Source of the DNA: Bugula neritina
Taxonomy: Eukaryota > Animalia > Bryozoa
NCBI GenBank assembly: GCA_964035545.1
Contig: OZ037767.1
Span: forward strand, 1,809,680-1,873,679
Length of the DNA stretch: 64,000 nt
Direction: 5' to 3'
A program made the position numbers and the translations under genes. Of this stretch, positions 55,579 to 64,000 are shown piece by piece. Positions within the stretch are counted from its first letter, which is position 1; every line of letters starts with the position of its first letter. The notes beneath the pieces were generated by a model, which had not been told where the DNA came from, made no database searches, and saw only the letters and a list, made by a program, of their open reading frames with translations.

Positions 55579-58500
55579 ATGAAGATATTGGTGCTACTAA
55601 TAGTAGTTATCTCCCTTGGGGGAATAAATAGTAATGTAAATGAAAAGAGCAATAAAATAGCAGAAGATTTTGTTCCAAACCATGAGGAAGCTTTAAAATG
55701 GCTCATCAGGTTTAACTACATGGTAAGTAACCTAGTGAGCCAATGCTACAATAGATCATATTTGTAATACATAACACTTCATCTGTAATGCTTTCATAAC
55801 GTTTGTAATATACATTGTAATATTGTAATACATAGTTGTAATACTGCAATACTGTAATACTTTATTGTCTTTATTGTGCTACTCCATTGCACTTTGCTCT
55901 GCCTTTTGACTAGTATGTAATTTCCAGTCTAAAAATGTTACAGCAAGACCCTAAGAAATCTGGTCAAAATGGAACGGTTGAAGAGATGATTGAAGAACCT
56001 TTACGGACCATGAAACAGATTTACAAGCTCGGTGATGATGGTAAATACACAAACCAACTTTCTCAGCAATAGTTGACTATCTGTGTCAACTTCACTGTTT
56101 TTTCAGATAAGTTTTATACTGATGTCTTTGTTTCACGCTAATGAATGTACAAAAAGTTGCGTAGTACTCCTTAACCAGTTTGATGAAGAGTTCAATAATC
56201 CTTGTGAAGGTAAGCTGGATAAACAGACTCAAGAGTTTATGCGGAAGCGCAGATGTGGTGTCAAGGACAAACCGGAGGACTTGCTGCGCAGATCTGGAAA
56301 GTCTCGGTACAAACGATTTGCCATCATACAAGGGGTGGACACTTGGGTGACGCCAGGAAGTGGGTTCTCGTTTCCTATTACCATCTCATTTAACAATTAC
56401 TCCGCCCAGATGTCTAGAGCAGACCAGGATGCTGTCTTGCTGTTCTGTGCCACAGTATGAGACTATATTATACTATATATTATACTCTATATTATACTCT
56501 ACACCATACTCTAATCATATTCTATATCATACTCTATATTATACTCTATATTATACTCTATATTATACTCTATATTATACTCTATATTATACTCTACAGT
56601 CTACACCATACTCTATATTATACTCTATATTATACTCTATATTATACTCTATATTATATTCTATATTATACTCTACACCATACTCTAATCATATTCTATA
56701 TCATACTCTATATTATACTCTATATTATACTCTATATTATATTCTATATTATACTCTACACCATACTCTAATCATATTCTATATTATATGCTATACTATA
56801 CTCTATATTATACTATATATTATACTCTATATTATACTCTATATTATACTCTATATTATACTCTGTATTATACTCTATAATATACTCTATATTATACTCT
56901 GTATTATACTATATATTATACTATATATTATACTCTATATTATACTCTATATTATACTCTATATTATACTCTGTATTATACTCTATAATAATATAATACG
57001 ACATAATATAATGGAATATAATAGAATATAGTATAACACAATATGATAATAATATTTCAGAGATGGGCCCAGGAATCTGGCGTCTCCTTCCAGATCCTTC
57101 CAGAGCGTCAGGTGGGTAACATACTAATCGGGTTTGTCGATGCCCTCCCGGGACAAACGGAAAGGGGGGACATTTTGGCAGAGGCAGAGTCTCCATCTCC
57201 TTTTCCAGGTCAAGGACCTTCAAATATCGAGTTTGACAACAGATTCTCGTGGGTGGCGAGGTTTGCCCCCGGCCAGTCAGGTAGGTACTCAGTCTATTGC
57301 TCTAGATTTTCTACTACCTTATGTTATATGATACTTTATCCATTACTTATATTATTATAGTTTATTTGTATACATTTTATAGATTTATAATTGATGCATC
57401 ATGTTCTATACTATTTAGTCTATATTTTGAATGCTTTATATAAATTTCTCAGCTGTATATATTCTATAATCAATTTTATAACATTAGTAACTATTTATTA
57501 TTTTAGTCCATATTTAATTTATATTATGTTTTTCACTTTTCTAGCAATATATAATAATATGTCAGATTAAATTTAATTACACTGAATGAGTACAGTGGCT
57601 TAAGGGTTCCAAAACACATAGCTAGGGATAATGTTCATAGAATGTCTTTTTGGACAATCCCAATGACCTTAATGAAGGTTATAATAATGTCCTAATTATG
57701 CAAAGCACGGATACAGCCAGTATCAAGAGTACTGGCCTTAGTGTAACATGTATAAATAATGATAATAGTACTAACATAATATATAATATAGAAAGCTAAC
57801 CTGTTTTGACACTCTTAAATTTTTAGACGAGTTGGTGAGCTTTCAAGACACATTGTGCCATGAACTGGGTCACTCTTTAGCCTTAGATCACACGAATATT
57901 GAAGAGGCTATTATGTTTGCCAGCACCGAACACAGAGACTTTGAACGGGACTTGCACCCAGATGATATTGCCGGCATTCGGTCTCTTTATGGTCAACCAA
58001 ATGGCATTGTAAGTTTCAAGATTGAGATCTCTTTAACAAAACTACGAACCACTGACATCGATACAACTAAAAAGCTATAAGATTAGATAATTATATAAGA
58101 ATATTTTCATATAACTAATACCTATGAGATAGTGATTTGTTTTGCATTTAGCAGATATAAAATTTAAGCACCGTTGGGATTCGAACCCAAGACCTCCAGC
58201 CTTGCAAGCAGGCATACTAGCCATTACACCACGAGTGCCACTACAGCTGACAACTCTAACTGCTCTAGATATTTGATTCTGCTGATAATACCTTAAAGTG
58301 TAGTAGAATTAGGCTAAAGATCATAAATAATAGTATACAGCCTACACCTTAAGAAAGTGTAGCTGATAAAAAAACATTGATGGAGATATAAAGGCCTTTC
58401 TACAGTGGAGGTTGTGTGAGAAATATTATGCCTATCAAAGTAGGTATGTTACACAAGTGCAGAATCATGATGAAATGTGGATTCAAATAAAACTTTTTTT

Positions 58501-59220
58501 AGATTCGATGTGTTTTGTTTGTGAAAGTTTTTGAATTCAATAAAAAATAAAACACCTGTTGAATGACATTTACAGCTTTGAAGAGAAATAAGCTTGTTTG
58601 CTTTGTTGTTATAACTTTCAAACTGCTCAGCTAAACAGAGTAGCCTACACATTGATTTCGAAAGTGATATCTGTTTATTCAGACAAACATAATGTACCGT
58701 TTTTTTTTTTAATAAATTATTTTCGAAATTATGGTTTTAGTTATTTTAGGAAAATCTGTATTCATGCAACATGTTTTTCAAATATTGTAACCTTTATATG
58801 ATTTTTGATTGAGTATAGAATCATTCTATTGTAAAGCTGTACTACAATTCAACATTATTTTAGGTGATAACAAACAGAGCTCCTGCCCCAGCGCTTGGTC
58901 CAGCTCCCAGTGTAACGGCAGCACCAGTTCCTGTAACAGCTATACCATCAACAGCTGCACCCGTAATTCCCGTGGCACCGATAATTCCAATAATTCCTGT
59001 ACCGATACCTGCCGCACCAGTAACTCCAGCTCCAATAACTCCCGCACCAGTTCCTGTAACGGTTCCTCCAGTATTCCCTGCATTCTTCACATTTCAACCA
59101 ATCAGAGCAGTTGTACCAAGACGCCCTAGGAACCGGAGACGCAGGCGGAACAGAAACAGAAGAAGAAGGAGGAGAGAGAGAATAAGACGCAGATGTCGAG
59201 GGAGGAGGTGCCGGGGTTAA
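55579..59220 (+). CDS. Secreted matrix metalloproteinase (M10 matrixin-like) lacking a hemopexin domain, about 414 aa, 6 coding exons
   Basis: Exons: 55579-55722, 55944-56040, 56210-56454, 57061-57280, 57827-58008, 58864-59220. Signal peptide; propeptide GKLDKQTQEFMRKRRCGVKD (cysteine switch); furin site RYKR; zinc motif HELGHSLALDH; Met-turn AIMFA; LHPDDIAGIRSLYG. Confidence 0.9.
56465..56990. repeat. 12-bp-based AT-rich satellite (tatactctatat)n filling MMP intron 3
   Basis: Direct reading; the higher-order unit acaccatactctaatcatattc recurs. Confidence 0.9.
58168..58238 (-). pseudogene. tRNA pseudogene or tRNA-derived SINE head in the last MMP intron
   Basis: The minus strand reads GCACTCGTGGTGTAATGGCTAG...TTGGGTTCGAATCCCAACGGTGC: A box, B box and a perfect T-arm, but the acceptor stem has a 1-nt bulge and the anticodon stem a mismatch (loop TTGCAAG). 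Confidence 0.7.
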
Positions 59221-59443
59221 CAGACTGAGTTCTAGTGACACGTGATGTTATAATTGCATTTCTACAAACTCATTATATACCTAATGAAGTAGTTTTCTTT
59301 ACATTTAGCTATTGCCCTAGATGTATTCGTATAACTTTGATGACTTTAATTTGAATGTTAAAAATATATGCAATTTCTGTGGCACTTTTGTGTGAAACCG
59401 TAAAATTTAATTTCTAATTTGTATGAATGGTGGAGGTAGTTTA

Positions 59444-59462
59444 ATATATATATATATATATG

Positions 59463-59553
<91 letters not shown>
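59444..59553. repeat. (TA)n microsatellite
   Basis: Direct reading. Confidence 0.95.
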
Positions 59554-59555
<2 letters not shown>

Positions 59556-59835
59556 TAATAAAATTTTTTTATAAATATTGTGAAAGTAGCATTGTGCAAT
59601 ATTTCATCAAAAACATGAGCAAAACTGACTAAGGCATAAAGGCAGAAGAGCGACATTTGAGCAAATATTCACACACAAAGCCAAGACAACACTATTGTCT
59701 TCATCTTAGAATTTTGGTTTTGGCAATTTAGTAATCTTATAGAATTTACTTCCATGTGATAATAAATGCAGTTATTTACCATTGGGAGTTATCTTCTATC
59801 ATTCATCACACTACTTTATCAACAGACTGGTGTGT

Positions 59836-59850
59836 CCGTCTCTCTGTTTA

Positions 59851-59918
<68 letters not shown>

Positions 59919-59945
59919 CCTGTCTGTCTGTCTGTCTGTCTGTCT
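59836..59945. repeat. (TGTC)n microsatellite
   Basis: Direct reading. Confidence 0.92.
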
Positions 59946-61288
59946 AATATAGTATCTACTTATATGAAAGTACGCAGCATTTCATAAATAAGGTATTTTT
60001 ATTGAAACAATGAATTGTAAAAAGCAGACTGCATAGTTGATGCTAACCTTATGAATGCTGCATTAGTGTAAATGTTGAATACAATTAGAATTGTGTTAAA
60101 GCAATTATTTATCTAATACATGAGTAGGTACAGATGTTAGTTGTGAAGATTCACTGATGTTTTTACAACCACCACACTTAGCAACACACCTCCACACATT
60201 AGCAATTTTATGACCCATGGCTAAATGCAAGTGAATAAATGTGCAGACTTGAATCACTATTCAACTCTGAGAGGTGTGTATAGTATAAAGCGTGTTGCTT
60301 AGATTATCCAATCATTTTTGTCAGTCATCTAGATTGTTGGAGTATTTCTGCGAACAGAACTCTTTACAAAAAGGAACATCTTGAAAAGTACGCTGTTAGC
60401 TCAGCTCTAGGGTAAGCTCACTATATGCTGCTGCTGCTGCCAATATACTGCTGCATGATCAACATAACCTTCATTTCATGACTCATATTTGGTCAATAAA
60501 TATTGCAAAGTTTCAGTCAATACACTATTTTGTAAGAAGCAAAGGTATACTTGAATGTAAACTGCTACTATTTTTCACACACTAATGTATGTTTGACTCT
60601 AATGCTCCAGCTAGTTTAATATATATAGAAACCAAGTTAGGCCTAGCTTTATACGTACATACTAAGTTCAACTTGACTCTTCCAAGATTTGAGAATTACT
60701 TTCACGCTCTTGATCACTTTATGCTCAATACCATCTAAATTTAATTAAGCTAACTAATTTGATGTAGTAATAACAGCAACAGAATCTACAACGTTAAAAA
60801 GCAAACTTCTAAAAGGTAAACTTTAACTTTATATTTAGCATTTTTGTACACTTAAGTACATCCAGCTAACCATATTGCATTGTGGGATAAATGTAGCCAA
60901 TTATTATATTTTAACTTATGCTCGATATTCGTAATAATGTTGGTATGTAAATATATACATGCAATTATACAATGCTATATAATTACACCTTAAATATATA
61001 CAGCCTCCATGTCATAACTAACTGCAAGGAAATTCATTCTCATAGAACACATTATTAGATTATGGACAAGACAGCAAACAAACAGTTATATGCAAATTGC
61101 AGAATATCTATTCACGTCATACATGCAAATAAGTATTCATTTACAATCTAGAATATTCCGACTTTACAGGTTTAGACTGCCATGTGAGAATACTATACAT
61201 TTATCCTACGAAGCAGCAGAAGACTCAACAGGAAATACATAACATTGAGCTGATAAAGCTTCCATGATTTTGTGGCCATACGACAAAA

Positions 61289-61488
61289 ATGGCAAACATA
61301 AGCAACAATGTGACTGATTTAGAGATCAAAGCAAACAGCAGTACTGCAGAAATCAATGATCTCTTACTAGAATCCACAACAGGACCTCTCTCGCTACCCA
61401 TGAAGATACACTGGGATGTGAATGTTGGTTTAGTTATATGCTTCTTCATCCTTATATTGGACACTTTTACTCTCATTTATATTACAAG
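61289..61488 (+). CDS. First coding exon of a probable GPCR or other membrane protein (partial; likely continues beyond the window)
   Basis: aaaATGG start; N-terminus with sequons NIS, NVT and NSS, followed by hydrophobic VGLVICFFILILDTFTLIYIT; donor AG|GTAAGC at 61488/61489. Confidence 0.55.
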
Positions 61489-64000
61489 GTAAGCTAATAT
61501 AAAATAGTAAATTTTGTTTTAATAGCCAATATCAGTTAATCACTAAACACTTTTCTGTGTAAACGCAAATAGAAGCAGGTGCATTAGTATCATAAAAGAG
61601 AGATTTCAAAATTTTATAGAATTTTCAAAGATGTCTTCAAATCACGTGGCGCCATTTTCTCTCCACCATATTTCTGAATTTACCTTGCAGATGCCAGCTT
61701 CTCAAACTGCAGTAGTGAACAAAACCTTCTGTGAATAGATTTGTCTTTATAAGCAAGAAGCTAAATATTAGGGTGGCATCTTTTTCTCATTCTAAACTGT
61801 TGAAAATTTGCTTTTACTTGAAGCATGTTTACACAAATAAAGATATAATAGTGTATAAGCTATAAACTCTCAAGGGCTCCTTGTTTATGCCTCTAATTAC
61901 CATTAGAGCACATCATGGCTGGACTCTTGTTGAGACATGACATTTCATTGTAGCTTATCATTAAAATGTGTATGCTAGGCAGTTCCTTGTAAACATGCAA
62001 AAACTGTGCTAAGGATTTTTCTAGAATAGTAACCACACATCCTGGCTTAATCTTTGTAACAAAAGTTAAGGAAATTCGCTGCTCTAACTGTGACTATAAG
62101 TAAAGCACTTAAATACACCAAAATGCTGTTACCTTTTTAATTTGTATTGATCCAGAATTTTTTAATCAGACAAAGATTTTCTTGTATGAAAACTTTGAGC
62201 TTTTAAACCTGTCCGATTCTAGACATTCCTACCTTCTGAAAAGTGAGAGTAGCCATGAGCTCTACAATATACTAAACAATGGCTTTCACTGGTAATGTTG
62301 TTGCAAGCTTTTTGAGATGCATGGGTTGATTTCTTTGTTTGACTAGAAGAAAAGCTTTTTTAAAAGCTCTTACGTGGCAAATAAATTATACTACAGCTTG
62401 CTGCTTCGTTGCTGATCAACTAGCTAAAAGTAGCCTATATTCCAAGCTAAGCTGCTGAGTTGAAAGAAGGAATCACTTGTGGAAAAGTACAATCAGCCTT
62501 TTTCTGCTATAGCATCACAACAACTATAGTTTTTTGAAGGCCTTTCTTGAAACAGCAGTGAATAAATTGGTTTTATTGCTGGTCCTTTCTTACGTGATAT
62601 AACTAGCTACAGTGCAGCTGTTATAAACATTATATGCATTGACAAAAAAACAGTTTGACAGCCTAAAAGCTATTGGGTTTTGGCCAAAAATGGCTGCTTC
62701 CCATTGAAAATGATCAGAGATTACTCTCCGATATCTTTTTGAACAATGCTTGCTGCAAATCAAAGGTTTTGCTGTTCATTAAATCAGAGGTTTTTGCATT
62801 ATTGTTCATTGAATGAAAAGTTTGATAACAACTCCAAGTTATAACTTTGCGTTACCTGAAGGAAAGACACCAACATCAAAATACTGCGGCTGAGCTGCTT
62901 ATAACTCAGCTACACATGAAATTTATATTAGATTGCACTAGCTATTAACTATTGAGAGTTGTATAAATTAAAATATTCTTGTTTAATATGCCTGTACCTT
63001 TTTATATGTCACCTGTATAGACAATAAGAATTTAAAAACAGTGCTTTTCTACTGTTAATCTTAGATATCTGGCTAACAAACTGCGTATATATTTCCTATA
63101 ATGCCCAATGTAATCAGTATTGCATGGGTGTTTTAACAAATTTGGGATCTGTGAGCTATAGAGCTATAGGCAAGTATTACACAAGGGAAGTACCACAGTA
63201 TATTAGTCTGCAACAGTGAGGAACCCTTATGGTTTATATACTAATCTCAATATAACTTGTATTTTGTATAATTATTTTCACCAGTGACGAGCAATATTTT
63301 GGCAAGGGAATGCTTAAAAACAGAACATCTGTTTCTGATTCTTGTATGTATATAATAGATGGTGAAATACTGATGTACTCCCATAAGAAAATTACATACC
63401 ATATCATTGCAAGATTTAATGGTTAGTAATAAGGCTAATTACCCCCCCCCTCTCTCTCTCTCTCTCTCCTCCAATTACTCTGGCTAACAAGCTAATTTGC
63501 AGATAGGATTGAATTGAAAACCTGGCTGTTTATATTTCTGGATTATCAATAAAAGTTGATCATCAGCTACCTGTTAGAACAATTAAGTCATAAAACAATG
63601 ATAGCCTTAACATAACACTTCTGGTGTTTTCACAAACTAGTAGCAAATATAACAGAAAGCAAAATATTGCTCTACGTGCATAAGCTATTCTTAAAGTATG
63701 TTTTTTTTTATATGCATTTTATAGCCAGCACAAAACAGGGCTATAATAAGTTGTAGTGATATACCATGTTTTTCAACCTCACATGCTTGGTGCATTGTTT
63801 GGATAATTTTCTAAGCCATGTTGGCTACAAATTTTGTCAAAATTGTGGATTACAAAACATCTTATAAATTTATTTTTGGAGCAAGAAGTTGTATTGAGAT
63901 GTTAAACATCAGTCAAGATTTTTGTTTAAATAAGACAACATGGCTTGTTATAAACTTGACCCATTCATCATTATGTTGCATTAGCATGCCATAGTCCTAA

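Noticed and set aside
55928-55943. Apparent premature stop in the MMP if acceptor tttccag (55927) is used
   Set aside because: The downstream acceptor gttacag (55943) restores an open, propeptide-like frame, so there is no evidence of a pseudogene.
56360-57223. 223-aa and overlapping YIIL-rich ORFs
   Set aside because: Satellite read-through within MMP intron 3.

Overview
AT-rich, intron-rich eukaryotic DNA, most likely from an invertebrate animal (inference). I reconstructed six complete multi-exon genes by hand from GT-AG boundaries and reading-frame phase: an LRRC74-like LRR+EF-hand gene (+, 1581-8217), Akt/PKB (-, 9229-22348), OSCP1 (+, 26866-34931), an SLC16/MCT-like transporter (+, 36647-40926), a second diverged LRRC74-like paralog (+, 46498-54187) and an atypical matrix metalloproteinase (+, 55579-59220). 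The first coding exon of a probable GPCR follows at 61289-61488. There are also a MITE, a tRNA-derived element and many mini/microsatellites. Four signals stand out. (1) Introns in five genes carry tandem arrays or duplications made from their own splice junction. (2) A Ser-rich coding-like minisatellite with intact splice sites and phase-compatible microexons lies antisense within OSCP1 intron 1. (3) The Akt has an N-terminal extension carrying its own RxRxxS consensus, Leu in place of the W80 equivalent, a short linker and candidate alternative first exons that would omit the PH domain. (4) The MMP lacks the structural-zinc His ligands and the hemopexin domain and ends in a Pro-rich plus poly-Arg tail. 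No database searches were run; family calls rest on recognised motifs.
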